A stretch of 64,000 bases of DNA from Bugula neritina (GCA_964035545.1 OZ037769.1:1054001-1118000); one strand, 5' to 3'. Counted from the stretch's first letter, positions 1 to 15,200 are shown. Notes: generated by a model from the letters alone, not told the origin. Translations and numbers: made by a program.

Positions 1-291
1 GAAAATATAAGAACATTGGCTAAGTAAATCTTTAAAGAAGAAGTCAAACAATATTACAAACTAAACAACAATAGAAAACAAGTGAATGATGATATCAATA
101 AGAGACACTATAATAATGACTTTACAATACCGGTGATTAGGAAATAAGTGAAAGGGATATAGCAGTGAATCCTGGGAATAGTGACATGATTTTATCAGTA
201 GAATAATTAGAAAGCCGTCAGAGTAATAACTAGTATGAGAAATCACAGTGTGGGTTGATAGCAGCACTTGGTGCTGCCTTCTCCGAATATT

Positions 292-3200
292 CTAGAACTC
301 CAGTCGAGCAGCGTGGAAACTGCCGCCATTCAAAATTGTGATTAGACTCCGTGCGGCACTCGTAGCGAGTCGTATGTTCAATTTACCTGCAAAACAAGCG
401 CAAAGCTATGAGGATCTAAACTCTTAAATAAACTGCTCAGTTACTCACCCAGTTAGTTACTATCTACTCAGTTACTCACCCAGTTAGTTACTATCTACTC
501 AGTTAGTCACCTAGTTAGTTACTATCTACTTAGTTACTCACCTAGTTGGTCATTATCTACTCAGTTACTCACCCAGTTAGTTACTATCTACTCAGTTACT
601 CACCTAGTTGGTCATTATCTACTCAGTTAGTCACCTAGTTGGTTACTATCTACTCAGTTACTCACCCAGTTGGTAATTATCTACTCAGTTACTCACCCAG
701 TTGGTCACTATGATCAGCTACCCAATGGTCAATCACACTCGTATCATAGGTGGGTATTACGGTCACAGGGTCCTTAGGCCACGCCTTCTTACCGCTGAGC
801 AGAGCTTCGAAAGGTTCCACGTTGTTATTCAGTCCACTGAATATATATTTACTGAAAGAGGGAGAAAGCATGTTGTGGTTTCACAATCATTCCCACGAAT
901 ACTAAACAGTCCGCAATGTTTACAATATGATGCTTTGAACACTGACTACAGTTACCAAGCTTTACCAATGATTACACGCCGCAACTCAAGAAACAGATAG
1001 ACTGAGTTCTTTACCTGGAGCGGATACGCTGGAAGTACTCGGGACCCACATACTTGCCGTCACCGTGATGGGGCACATAGGCTACATCTACGTAGAATGG
1101 CACTGAGGCTACAAACAGAGTAATACGTTTATTAGAAGAGGTAGAAGATGCCAGAATGCTTTACCAGGAATCTACGACTGCAAAAATACTCACCGGCTGG
1201 ACCAGGCGATCCAGCTTTCCCGGAACTGGCTGGTGCACCCAGTCTGCTAGTCGAAGGTTTGACCTTGGTGGAGCTAGTGGGTCGGGGCTTTTTGGTAACG
1301 TCTTCAACAGCCTTGGGCTTTCTAAGTTCAGCTTTTGGTTTGTCTACTGCGGCAGAACGTGGCTTTACGTCGCCACCCAACTTCCTTTCTGACGGTTTTG
1401 ATTTCGGAGGATCAGCCTACGTGGAGAGAATGTTTTATAGTACAGGGATAAAATTGTGAGTGTGACAGGGGAGGTGTGAAAGAGGAGGTGTGACAGAGGA
1501 GGTGTGACAGAGGAGGTGTGACAGAGGAGGTGTGACTGAGTAAAGTCATCTGCTTCCCTTCAACTAGACACATATGCAATGACTTCTACTCCAACATGTA
1601 AACATAAACAGAATAATCAGATACCTTGGCCAGTGGCTGTTTGGACTTTGCGGAAGAAGCTGCTGCCTTTGGTTTCTCGGCAGCAGCAGAAGTTGAAGCA
1701 GCAGATTTCAGACGTGACTGAGCAGGTTTAGCTGGCTTCTTGCCAGCCGCTGTGTCTCCCGCTGCCTTAGACGTCTCTCCAGCAGACTTCTTCGAGTCTA
1801 AACAGCATTACACGCACACTGAGATGAGTTACACGCACACTGAGATGAGTGACACATACACCGAGACTGATTACACTATGAAACTGCTGGCCATTCACAC
1901 AACAGGTAATTTATCAACATACCGTCGGCAGCTTTCTTCAACCCTGCTGCCGGTTTATATGAAGATCTCTTGGAGGCTCCAGAGGCAGCAGGCTTGGCAG
2001 CGTCAGCAGAGCTAGACTTGGCGCTAGTCTTGGGGACAGAGCTCTGCAAATCAACAGAAGATAGGACGTTACTAAACAGCACCACTGCACACCGCAGAGA
2101 TCACTGCACACCGCAGAGATCACTGCACACCGCAGAGATCACTGCACACCGCAGAGATCACTGCACACCGCAGAGATCACTGCACACTGTAGAGATCAGC
2201 TTAGTTCTAAGAGTTATGACTCATCACCTTAGCCAGTGACTTCCTAGGAGCTGCTTTGTTACTAGCAGACGGTTTCTGTGATTCGTTGGCAGAGCTGGAA
2301 GTTGAAGGTCGAGTCTCCTCAGCCGCCTTAGCCGAGTCCACAGGGCTGGGTGAGGGCGGGAGAGGGAGGCTTTGGGGCTCACCCCAGTCTTTCAGAGGAT
2401 CAAATTCTACTTCTGGCAGTAAACAACATTTTGTTCAACTTGTGTACACATGGCACTGAATTACACAGTATATTATATGCATATAAATATATCGTAATGA
2501 ATTTAAGTATATTATCATATGAGTTGAGGTACATTGCATGAATTGAGGCATATATACTAAATATTTTTAACTTCAACATGCAAATTACAACTAAAATTAT
2601 AACGAAAAACTATGCGGGGAATGCGTCATGGTTCAACAGTTTGGTGAAGACATACAGTTGTTATCAGGAGTCCCTGCCATAATATAAAAATTGGCATAGG
2701 GTTGTCTGTATTAAGCAGTTTTGGCATAACTTCGTATTTTATTTTGACTCAGTTTCAAGCAGGTTGATGAATTAAAGCCGGAAATTAACAATAAAAAAGA
2801 GGCAGTAAAATTGCACTCACATGCAGATGAGTGCCACAACGTGCAGACGCATGCCACATGCGGAGGTGTGCCACAATATGCTAGGTGTTACAGTGAAAGC
2901 CATGCATTACAATGGTTTAATGGTGCAGTGAACTACTGTAAATTAGTACTATTTACTACTGTGAATTAGTACTAGTTACTACTGTGAATTAGTACTAGTT
3001 ACTACTGTGAATTAGTACTAGTTACTACTGTGAATTAGTACTAGTTACTACTGTGAATTAGTACTAGTTACTATTGTGAGTTAGTACTAGCTACTACTAA
3101 CTACTAACAGCCAGGATTTGCGATTACTGGTAAAGCTGAGCTTACAAAAAACACTCTTTCGAAAATTTAATTTTGTAAATGAAATTGAAGTTTTGTGAAA

Positions 3201-6200
3201 TTAATTTCCATATGCAAAAATTACAGAGAAATTTCATGAAGGCTCTTCACTTGTGTTAAAATTTGACTTAGCAAGTTTCAGTCGCTAAGACAATTCCTAT
3301 TGTTTGCAAAACTCGTCAGACACACACCTTTGGAATGTTTCGCTAGCGGTCTAGTCACCGCGGCAGCGTAGGACAGAGGACCCGCTGACTTGGCTGTCAC
3401 AGCAAACGGAGAGGGTGTGAAGGCGGGTGCTAAAGGGTTTAGCCTGCTGTCTAAACAGGACTGTGTTGAGGGGCGGGCGTTAGTGACGCCGTTGTTAGGG
3501 TGAGCTGAAATAATAGCATGCTACACAACACTGCAATATTATTGGCTAATGCTACAGAAAACTGCAATATTATTGGCTAATGCTACAGAAAACTGCAATA
3601 TTATTGGTTAAAGCCACACAACACATAAGTTTTGATAGGCTATCAACTAAAACAAAAGGGTTAATAGCGCTAGAAAGACTATACAACTACATTGTATGTT
3701 AAAGGATTGCTCTATCTTGTCTAATAAATGGCCATTTAGGTCAAACACACATAATATTGTGTTTTTCTAAGCATGCATTGACAAAAAGCATTTGACCAAA
3801 GGTAGAAAAAGTTAATTGAAGTTGAGGGTGTAGATTGGTAACAGCCAAAACGCCGATTTTGAAATGAGCTGGGAAATGTGACGTAACAGCGCCAGCATTC
3901 CTGCTGGTCACGTGACTATACAAATGGCTAACTATAGAAATATGACTGTGAGATGTGATCTTTCAGCTCGTAATTTGTATATTTATAGAAGTGCAAATGT
4001 GAATTATCTCAATCTATAGTTTTTTGACATGTTTAATAACATGTATGTGATAACATTAGGCCATATTTTGCTTGTAGGCATAGAAAAAAGCATTGCAAAA
4101 ACATGCATTCTTTAGGATGAATGCCTGCGATCAATCTAAACTAGGTCAGATTGTGCAATATTACGGGCGCACCAAAGTTGACCTATATAGCGCACTGTAA
4201 CTGCTTGAGCGTTATTGGTTGATGTTGCGCTCAGCAACCTTGAATACTAGCGTTATAGTTAGCACGTGCAGCATAGTTACTGGCGTTCACACGTCATGTA
4301 TTAGGCTATTCTTTTTCATGGCTGAAAATTTTACCTCCCTCAAAATTGGAATTTTGAAAAGCTGTTTTCTAGGCATATATCCCTTTGCAAAGTCACAATT
4401 GTTTGCATACACATTAGATTATAGTTCATAATTATAATGTGATTGTAATAAACTAAGATAGAGCAATCCTTTAATTTCTTACTAGAGAATCCATGTAAAA
4501 CAAAATTAGTTGAAAATTTGAATAAGAAGTGCAGATAGCAGGCAGTGACATCACTAAGGTAGTGACATCACCAGGGCAGTGACATCACCAGGGCAGTGAC
4601 ATCACCAGGGCAGTGACATCACTAAGGTAGTGAGATCAAACAGATAACACAACACGGCAGGAGAAGATGCTAAGAAGGTGAGCAGATAGAGAGACAAAAC
4701 TACCTGCACCTAGGTCACTGTAGACATCAGTTGGTTCAGACTTGGCAGCAAGGAGTATATTGGCAGCATCGACAGAGCTAGCCTCAGTCAGCGTGTTATG
4801 TTCAGGCGTAAGAGAACCGATGATGCTGTCTGTCATAGCAGTGTTTGGCACAGCGACATCGTCAGGGGCACCGGAAGTGACATCATCAGAGGCAATCAAT
4901 GGATCCTTCATTTCACAGACTCCAAGATTTGCTGGGTCAGACATGGCTGCTGCCTCACCTTCTAAACTAACTTCCTTTGAGCCTGACTCCTGCGTGAAGA
5001 TATCACGAATCCCTCACTATATATCATATAATTTCGTACTGTTACCCCCCTCTGTGCCAGCACCTTAATTCTCTCACAAATCTTACCACACTTACAAATA
5101 AACATAATAACAAACCTGCTGGTTATCATCAACCCCTGTCAGCAGAGTATTCTGGTTACACTCCTCACTAGCCCCTGTCAACTGAGAATCTTGGTTACAC
5201 TCCTCACTAACCCCTGTCAGCTGAGAATCTTGGTTACACTCCTCACTAACCCCTGCCAGGGAATCCTGGTTACACTCCTCACTAACCCCTGCCAGGGAAT
5301 CCTGGTTACACTCCTCACTAACCCCTGCCAGGGAATCCTGGTTACACTCCTCACTAACCCCTGCTGGGGAATTCTGGCTAAACTCTACCAGAGACTCCAA
5401 AGGCTCGGCGGGTCCTAAAAACAGAACAGACAGACGGTTGGCCAAAGAATGAAGAGCCACTTATCTCCCTGAACTACACAGATGGCAACAAGACTTACCA
5501 GCCGCATCCACTTGCTTGTACTCCCCTGAAGTCTTACTTCCCTCATACAGAGCGAGGTTATCAAACTGGGCTGTCACGCTGCCGGGTGGAGAAATGATTT
5601 CACTTGAATCAGCAGAGGGTGACTCATCACTTTTAGGTGTCAGATCTTCTGTTCCAGGTGTCAGATTTTCTGTCCCAGGTGTCAGATCTTCTGTTCCAGG
5701 TGTCAGATCTTCTGTTCCAGGTGTCAGATCTTCTGTTCCAGGTGTCAGATCTTCTGTTCCAGGTGTCAGATTTTCTGTGTAAAGTGTCATATCATTAGTG
5801 TCAGGTGTCAGACCTTCTGTTCCGGGTGTCAGATCTTTTGTGTCGGGTGTCAGATCTTCTGTATTGGGTGTCATATCTTCTGTGTCTGGTATTAGGATAT
5901 CAGATGCTTGATCTTGAGAAGATTGAAAGCTACTTGCACCGAAATGAGGTGAAAACTGTGGTGTATTGTTGTTTACACCTGGTAATGCACCATCTATGTT
6001 GAGGCTATCTAATTGCTCAGACAGAGCCCCAAAATCAGCGGCTGTGACAGACCTATCAGTTTCAGCAACGGCACCTGGTGAGACTGAACGATTGCCTGAA
6101 GATGCTACGAGAGCATCAGCTGAAAGAATGTCACCATTATCACCTGATACAGCGCTGTCATGATCTAGTTCAGTGCTGCTAGCAGACAATCCAGCATCAT

Positions 6201-9200
6201 TGCTAGTGACAACAGGTTCTCCAGCTGCTCCTTCCTCTTCTGATAATCCAACAGCATCATGAGTCGGTGCTGAGTCAGCCAGTGGAGGGAGTTCTCCAGT
6301 AGGAGTTACGTCATCGGACGAGGTCATGATATCCTCCACTGAGCCTGTCTGTGAAGAATTTCCTAAATTATTAAATTCAGAATGGATATTCACTTGATCT
6401 CTAGGATCATCATTGCTTTGAGTGAAATCATCACCCCCTGGTGGCATGACATCACCGCTTGGCTGCATGTCATAGCTTGTTGGTAGCACATCATCACCCT
6501 GTGGTATGACATCTTCAGCAGGTGGTATGATATCTTCAGCAGGTGCTATGACATCTTCAGCTGGCGGCATGACATCCTCAGCAGGTGGTATGACATCATT
6601 AGCAGGTGACATAACATCTTCAGCAGGTGACATGAGGTCTTCAGCAGGTGGTATTATGATATCTTTAGCTGGTGACGTGACATCCTCAGCTGGTGGTATG
6701 AAATCTTCAGCAGGTGACATGAGGTCTTCAGCTGGTGGTGTGACAACCTCAGCAGGTGGTATGGCATCTTCAGCAGGTGACATGACATCCTCAGCAGGTG
6801 GTATAACATCTTCAGCAGGTGACATGACATCTTCAGCAGGTGACATGAGGTCTTCAGCAGGTGGTATTATGATATCTTCAGCAGGTGGTATGACATCCTC
6901 AGCAGGTGGTATGACATCCTCAGCAGGAGGTATGGCATCCTCAGCAGGTGGTATGACATCCTCAGCAGGAGGTATGACATCCTCATCGGGTGGTATGACA
7001 TCACTAGCAGGAGGTATGGCATCTTCAGCAGGTGGTATGTTTTTAGTTCCATCTTCTTCCACCAAATTGTTAATATGCGGAATAGATGCCTAGAAAACAA
7101 ACAATAAAATGAGTGGAGAGCAACAGACTAAAACACTGCTACAGCCACTTAGACAAAGTTAATACCCTTCAACTTGACTCATCTCACTTAGACAAACTAT
7201 TAGAATCTGACAGTGAGGAATAAAAAAATAAAACTGCCGTATTCGCAGGGAAGGAGATGCGAGGTAAGATGGCATTGTGTAGTACACAAACTAACCTCTG
7301 TACTCTCAATAATCTCTTGACCTCTATCCAAGTCTTCATCCACAAAGTCACTGCAAACACGACACAGCAATAAACACTGACTACCCAGATAGGAAACCAC
7401 GCACAACGATGTCTTACAGCAACTTTGGTTTAGGTACACGAAATAAAGATTTGAAACACGCTGCGACTACTGACGCCAGAAAGAAACCGCAACTACATAC
7501 TTAGTGTGAGATGTGAGTTTCTCAGGTAGAACTGGTGGTGTGGCCTGTGACACGTCGTCCACACTAGAGTGAGTATCCACCAACATTTGTGGAGACAGAC
7601 TAGGTTCAGGAAGCATGGTGGGGTTCTCCCCATTCACCCAAACATCTCTGGGACTAGGAACTGAGACTTCCTCAGAAGCAACGACATCTGGCAGACGTTC
7701 AGTGAGCAGCGGAGACTGTCTGCTGTGATCACTGGTGGAACTTGGTATGTCCATCTAATAGAAGAGAAAACATTCTATCTCTCTTGTCATTACACAGATA
7801 TCACATGCATGTGGTGACATCATCACAGATGTAGTGACATCATCACACATACATGTAGTGACACCACCTATCTCTGACATCTAAATAGAGAGAGAGAGAG
7901 AAGGGAGAGAGAGGGAGAGAGAGAGGGAGAGCTTTGCTACAAATCACGGAGCTGAGTGAGTGAACAAGTGAGTATATGAGTAAACTAATATGAAAAAGTA
8001 AACAAGTGACTGAAAACGGTAACTGGTAACTCAAAACAACAGACAAACAAATTGTTAAAGTGAACCTAAAAAAATTTATCAAATCACTTATTCTTTCCGG
8101 ACAGACTCAAACGATATGACTTAGTCTTGCCCACCTGCAGAGATTCTCCAGGAGTGGAAGTCATGGCACTAGAGGGTGTCGCAGATGCTGCCGGACGACT
8201 CATCTCTCTTGTAGACTTGACGGCAGAAGATCCCGCAGGTTTCTTCCCTTTACCTGATAACTTGGCACTTTGAGTTTCCTCCGAAACCTACACAAATAGA
8301 GAAACTGAAGTCATGAGAGTAACGTTCACAGAAAAAGCATACGCCACACTGGAACCTGATGGGACAACACAGCGTCATATCAAATCAATCACTGAACTAG
8401 TTCATCTGTAAGGCTAAAATACAAACTATCTAAAGAAGTAAGTTTTAGTAAATAACTGAATGATTTAGAAAATAAAACATACTTTGCCGTTTGCTTCTGG
8501 AGTGTGAGGACGTTGGAAGATGTCCAGATTCTTCAGCTGGTCCAGACCTTTAAAGATCTGAGACTGTGGGGCAGAGCCAGGGTAGAGGATCCTGGTGACC
8601 TGCCCCGAGTGTGACTTCCAGACGAGAACCACAGCTAGGGAGCAGACGTCATTCAGGGGAACACCAGCTCTGGAAGAGGGAAAGTGTGTCAGTGTGACAG
8701 GTGAGATGTTGAATAGCTACCACTACCCAGCAACTACTAGCACTACTAGTACTACTAGTAGTACTAGTATTAGTACTACTACTACTAGTACTTCTACTAC
8801 TACTAGTACTACTACTACTACTACTACTGCTACTGCTACTACTAATACAGCTGCTACACACAATATATAAGGATGTATGAATTTACTTGTCGTTGGAGAA
8901 ATGCTCTGCAGCACTGCTCCACTGTTTCATCATTTCCTTGTAGTCTGGTGAATCCTTCTGCGGAGTCAACACGTACATGTCCAGCGTGCCGTGACCAATC
9001 CGGGAGAAGAGCTGAACCGGAGTCGGTGAAGCGTGAACTCTGTTGGGTTTGCAGCCGATCTTTGTGAGATATGAGCTCACTGCAAGACACACTCTACAGT
9101 TACTGTCTACACTATCTAGTATATTCTACACTATCTAGTATATTCTACTATCTACACTATCTAGTATATTCTACTATCTACACTATCTAGTATATTCTAC

Positions 9201-12200
9201 TATCTACACTATCTAGTATACTCTACTATCTACACTAACTAGTATACTCTACTATCTACACTATCTAGTATATTCTACTATCTACACTATCTAGTATATT
9301 CTACTATCTACACTAACTAGTATATTCTACTATCTACACTAACTAGTATACTCTACTATCTACACTAACTAGTATACTATACTATCTACACTAACTACTA
9401 TACTATACACTAACCGATAGAAGCCTCTTCCACAAGAGAGACGCTGAGAGAGGAAGCCAACGCGCACTCCTTCTCCTTGATACCAGTGAGGGGGTGGTTG
9501 AAGCAGGAGTACGGCAAGTCTAGCCTGAAATCCTTGTCAGCAGAGAGACAGCGGGAGAGAAGGGACTTGATACCAAACAGGTTGTTCTGGTTGACTCGAC
9601 TGAGCAGCAGCATGTCCAGCTTGTCCACGTGACTTATGAACTCCCAGAAGCAGGCGTGACGACTGAACCTGCAGCAGAGGAGACAAGTGCAGCAGCAAAA
9701 CAAGATGAGAAAGTAGACGTGAGAGAGCACAGGCTATGCGACTCTAAACCAGAAAGATATTGACATATCAGCATTACTTATATATACAGAGCTCCCTCCA
9801 TATCCCACTAAGCTGCGGCTCCCGAAACCTTATTTCGTGGCATACTAGAATACCAGATTCAACTCATGGATTCATTCAATTTGGCCATTTTGTCTCTACA
9901 CGCATACATAAGCCACAAAATGGTGATCCAAGCCTTTTTCATGACCCATGAAAAAGGCTTGGGTGAGAACTGGAACCGTGAGATATAGAGGGAGCACTGT
10001 ACCATATAAAATTCACAGACTATGGAGTTGTCTTTTCGCAAAGCTATAAAGCACATGGAGAGAACATAACTCTAAACACATCTCGCACAGCTTGCTAAAG
10101 TAAACACAAAACATCCACGGCTTGCTTTTCTTAGCCGCAAGTTCTTACAAGGAATCAGAGCTAGAAAGTGCGGGACGTAGCACTCACCCGCCGTCTAGCA
10201 GCATGTTGAAACCGTCCACACCGAAGACGGCACAGTCCCCCTGTGCCGCCGGGAAGACGTAGAGACACGGACTGGTGAATCTGATGTTACCTACGTTGTC
10301 GCTGGCAGGTAGAAGGGACTCAGTGGGTGTTACCTGCAGCATGTAAATAGGTGTTTATATACCAGAGTTATGTAATAACTACTTGCCACATTGAGTAGAT
10401 CATTGTACATTAACAAGAAATACAGCTCATGGTATAGAAGAGTAGAGTGGCATATGAATACAGTATGTAGAAGATTGTCTACTAATATCTATTAAATGGC
10501 ACTACTATAAGCATTCAACAACAATATTGTAATATTTAATTTAAAAATAATGAGGTATTCAGAGTACGAGGGATTGGTTGAACACCCATCTCCAGTAACT
10601 TGGTAGTTACTGAGGCTAAATACATCAGTGCAGAAGACTGACTCACATTCCCTACTAGCAACAGATGAGTCATACTACAGAAGGGCAGGCAACTTCTATA
10701 TATGCACTTTTATTAGCTTATCAATCAACTTCAAAGGACTAAAGCTACAGCACAGTATATCAACTTGTACACACAAAGGAAATTATTAAATGTTTAAGCA
10801 GTTGTGAATCACAAGAAAAGGTAATTAGAGAGGAAGATGACCTACATAGGAGCTGTAATGGTATATGAGAATAGCTAACAGTTGGCAGCGTTTAGAGGCT
10901 GACTATTGATATACAGTAGCTGACTATTGATTATGGAGAGTATTTTTAGAGCAGCTCAGCTACTGGTGACCTCATTAAATAGCTGAATGAGTGAGCAACA
11001 GCAGCAGAAAGAAATGCAGCAGTCTTGGCTATCAAAATCTTATCAAATTCACTGAATTGAAAAAGATAAATTTTGCTGCAAAATGCTTTTACAAAACTCC
11101 CAGAATTGTCTACAGATTGTCTAGCAGGTATACAGATTGTCTTGTAGCACTACAGTGTGACTAGTTGTGTTTCCTCAATACAAACATTTAATAAAGTTTA
11201 GGAGAAAACCCAAGCTGACAAGTAGAAAAGGAAAGATAATGTGGACACATGACTGGATAATATAACTGTAGTGGTGGTTACTTTCTATCATATTCTAGAA
11301 TTATAACCTACACTGTATGTACCCACAGTATATACCTACAGTATATACCTACACTGTATACTTACACTGTATACCTACACTGTATACCTACACTGTATAC
11401 CTACACTGTATACTTACACTGTATACCTACACTGTATACTTACACTGTATACCTACACTATATACTTACACTATATACCTACACTGTACACCTACACTAT
11501 ATACTTACACTATATACCTACACTGTATACCTACACTATATACCTACCCACAGACAGTATTATACCCCACACAGTACACAGTATTGGTAGTGTATTGAGT
11601 ACCATCAAGTGAGCAGCACTGAATACCGGCTCATTGATTATTTCAATAGATCAGAAGGCATCACAGTAAAGTACACACTAACAAGTGCTCTCGTCTGTCA
11701 AGTGTTTGCTAATAGTGGCTACTGTTTCATCTGTTTCCAATATTGCTTGCATTTACCTCTAGACTTCCTTACAGTCTTACTATGATCTCTAGTGTTGCTC
11801 ACAATATATACTTCCATTAAAATTTAGAGCAAAACATGATGATGGTATATTTGCTACCCGTTTTCATAGAAAACTTTCTCCTTTTTTATTATTAAATCAA
11901 CAGCTAACAAAAACCCTGCCTCCTCTACTCTCTCTCCCTCTCTGTCCCCCCTTCACAGTGCTGAGAGTATTGGGGGGGGAGGGAGCACCTGCTCTGACAT
12001 GTCAACTGTCACTCACCTGTTGTCTGTCATCAGGGACTCCTAAGACACGACCAACTCTTTGTCAGGTACATGCACAGCCCACCCCTGAGAGATGGCAGAC
12101 GTGAGAGCAAGAAAGGAACTTATTCATTCACGTTATACACACAAGTATTTAGAGTTGTGTGGGCTTACAGCCAACAACCAAACTGTGTGAAGTCTGGGGC

Positions 12201-15200
12201 GTCACAGGCTAAGTTGGTCACAATATTTTATCCTTTGCCAATTTTGTGGGAAGAGACCTTAAATTTGATGGTTAGTTGTTCGCACTAACCTACCTACCAC
12301 AGAGTTTATCTACCACAGGGTCTACCTATCACAGAGTTTATCTACCACAGAGTTTACCGACCACAAAGTTTACCTACCACAGCGATTACCTACCACAGCG
12401 ATTACCTACCACAGCGATTACCTACCACAGCGATTACCTACCACAGAGTCCATCTATCCACCACAGAGATTACCTACCACAGAGATTACCTACCACAGAG
12501 TTTACCGACCACAAAGTTTACCTACCACAGCGATTACCTACCACAGAGTCTACCCACCACAGATATTACCTACCACAGAGTCCATCTATCTACCACAGAT
12601 ATTACCTACCACTAAGTCCATCTACACAGGCTAACTGCTAAAGAATTCTTGTTAAGAGTCTCACCTGAATGAAGAGCTCCAGGTAGGCTGTGAACCTGGC
12701 TAACCCACTGACATCTGTCGTCTGATTTTCAGGGTTCAAGGTCACACTCAAAGACTGGCCAATCACTGATTTGGTAAGTTTAGTTTGAGTCCAGCCTCCC
12801 GAGGATGGTCCGCAGCAAATGGTAAGCGAAGAGCCTGTCATAACACAGCAGAATATTGAAAGAGAAAATAGAAAGTTTGGGTGAAGAGAAAACTACAACT
12901 TGGTACTCTGAAGTCAAGGGTCACACACCAACCCCAGTCAACACAACAGGCAGCCTGCAACAGGAGGAAAAGTTGTGTGTATGGAAAGCAACAGAGGACT
13001 AGAATATGGTGCAGTAGTTCATTTACTAAATAAAGAATATTTGATTCTACTCTACGACAACCACTTAAGTATGAGAATCACATAAATGTCAGGTATAAAA
13101 GGCTGCTGCCTCAAAGATCAGTTAGTGGCAGCAGAATTTAATTGGATACTAACGTCAGCAGACAGGTATAATTATACCAGTAGATATAACAGGTAATTAT
13201 AACTAGATAATAATGTACAGAGTGTACAGAGTTAGTCTCTAATAGTTGGAACTATAACAAGCAATAAGAGAATCCCTTCAAGTGTCCAGGAGTAGAGAGA
13301 TTACATGCTGTATTGTTTACATCAGTATCTAGACTACTTTCTATCTTGAATACACCAAGAAGACAACACAGAGTGGCATTGGCTGGGTTTATGATGGCTG
13401 ACAGATATACAGCTAACAGTTAATGATGGAGGAAATAAGGAAGTGCTTTCGTGTAGAGGTTATCAGTATTACATGTAGTGTAGGTGTCAGTATGCGCAGG
13501 TAAGGCATGCAGGTAAGACAGGTAATTACTACAGAGAGATATGCTAACAACTAATTACTAGCTAAGGGTAAAGTACACACTGACTCACTAAGCTACCCTC
13601 ATGTTACACACACAGAGCTACTTCTACATGTAAGTCAGAAGGGAATATTCCAAAAAGACTGACCTTTCTGTTCAGCTAGAGACAGCGCTACGTCCTCATG
13701 TTTGAAGACCGCTGCCAAATCAGCGGCTGACCACGTGCCATCTTGCACGATCCAGTCCCCTGTGCCTGTGAAACTGTAACCTGCAGAACAGAATAAGGTT
13801 AATCTACAGAGTAAAACAAAAAGAGCCTACAACTTAAATAATTAATAGCTTCCACCAACACAGATTGCAACACTTAATAGAAAGTTAATAACATATTAGT
13901 CAGGTAACTGACGGAACAGGCATGTGTTCACCTACCTGCAAATATCAGGTGCTTGTGTTTAGTTGGAGGTAAAAGCAGCAGACGCAAAGCATCACGCAAC
14001 GTCTCTTGTCTCGGGTTTATCAGAATCTCTAGCTGAAACTCGTCACTTCCATGCTTCACCGTGTGTTCCCCTGTAACAGTGCGTCTCATTGGTTCAAATT
14101 CGTGTATGCAACAGCCAATGTCACAAGTAGACATTAAATAGCCTTGTAGCACGAGAACTTGCCTGACATCAAACTTTAATACCAAACCAACATGACGCAC
14201 CTCTCTATTGGTGCACAAAATATTAGTTTTGGAGATGATACATAATTTAGTAACTTGGAGAGTGCAGCAGGCTGGAGTAAGGGAGGGTGTTAGCCACCCT
14301 CTATCTAGCCAGAAGACACTCCTTAGGCTGAGTAGCTACATGGAGGTACTACTAAGGGAAGAAATGTTTGACATTTTTGGCTAGCTTAGTGAGCCTGTTG
14401 TTGCAGCTACCTCCATATTCATGAGTAATAATACCACACCTCTGCCTTCAGCTATTTACTCTACACAGCAAGTTTACTTTTTTATCACTCCGACACCAAA
14501 GAGTTACTAGTTATAATAGCAATCAGCAACATAGGAAAGAATCAATTGTTTCAAAGTTCTAAGGAAGGATAACAGTGAATGAGGTGATCCCGACAGCTCA
14601 ACAGGGACATCTATTTCTACCTCCCACAGCTAAGAGTACACACACTAATTACCCGACTCTTAGCTCAAGGACAAGCAGCTGTGTGCATTACATTGTCAAC
14701 CCATCAGAACTGAACTTTACGTCAACACCAATAGTCCTGATGAACAGGAGATACAATCAATCATGAGCTCAACAGAACCCCCTCCCCTTGGGAGAAGGCC
14801 AACAGAACCCTCCAGGGTGGGGGAGAGCAGTCTGTGTACTGTGTACAGAAGTTTTGCTCTTTTATAGAAAAGGCAGAATATCCTTCACTTCCGGACAACA
14901 GGAAACTAGAGTTGAAAAGAGAGAAACCGGATTCACTGAAAATAGAAAAGCACCTAGGCTGCCATTGTATCCAAGGAGCAGCGCAATGACTCAGCTGTCG
15001 GCATCAATTTACTGAGTAGGTGGGAGTCGAGTGCTGTTGCACTTTAATTATATAATGCCTGAGAAAGGTCTGTAAATATATCCAACATCATGTCTATTCC
15101 TCCCTGAGGAGATGGAGTAATACATCATCTGGTAATATGAAGTGAATTGGCAATCTATATTCTGTCAGATATGATATTCATGTGTCAGAGAAATGAAAAC

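Noticed and set aside
6506-7093. 195-aa plus-strand ORF (MTSSAGG)n, and likewise 5516-5782 and 5191-5418
   Set aside because: Antisense shadows of the MAP1 coding repeats
12017-12090. Strong minus-strand CAG|GTGAGT donor inside MAP1 intron 5
   Set aside because: No in-phase open exon or ATG; could at most be a non-coding alternative first exon
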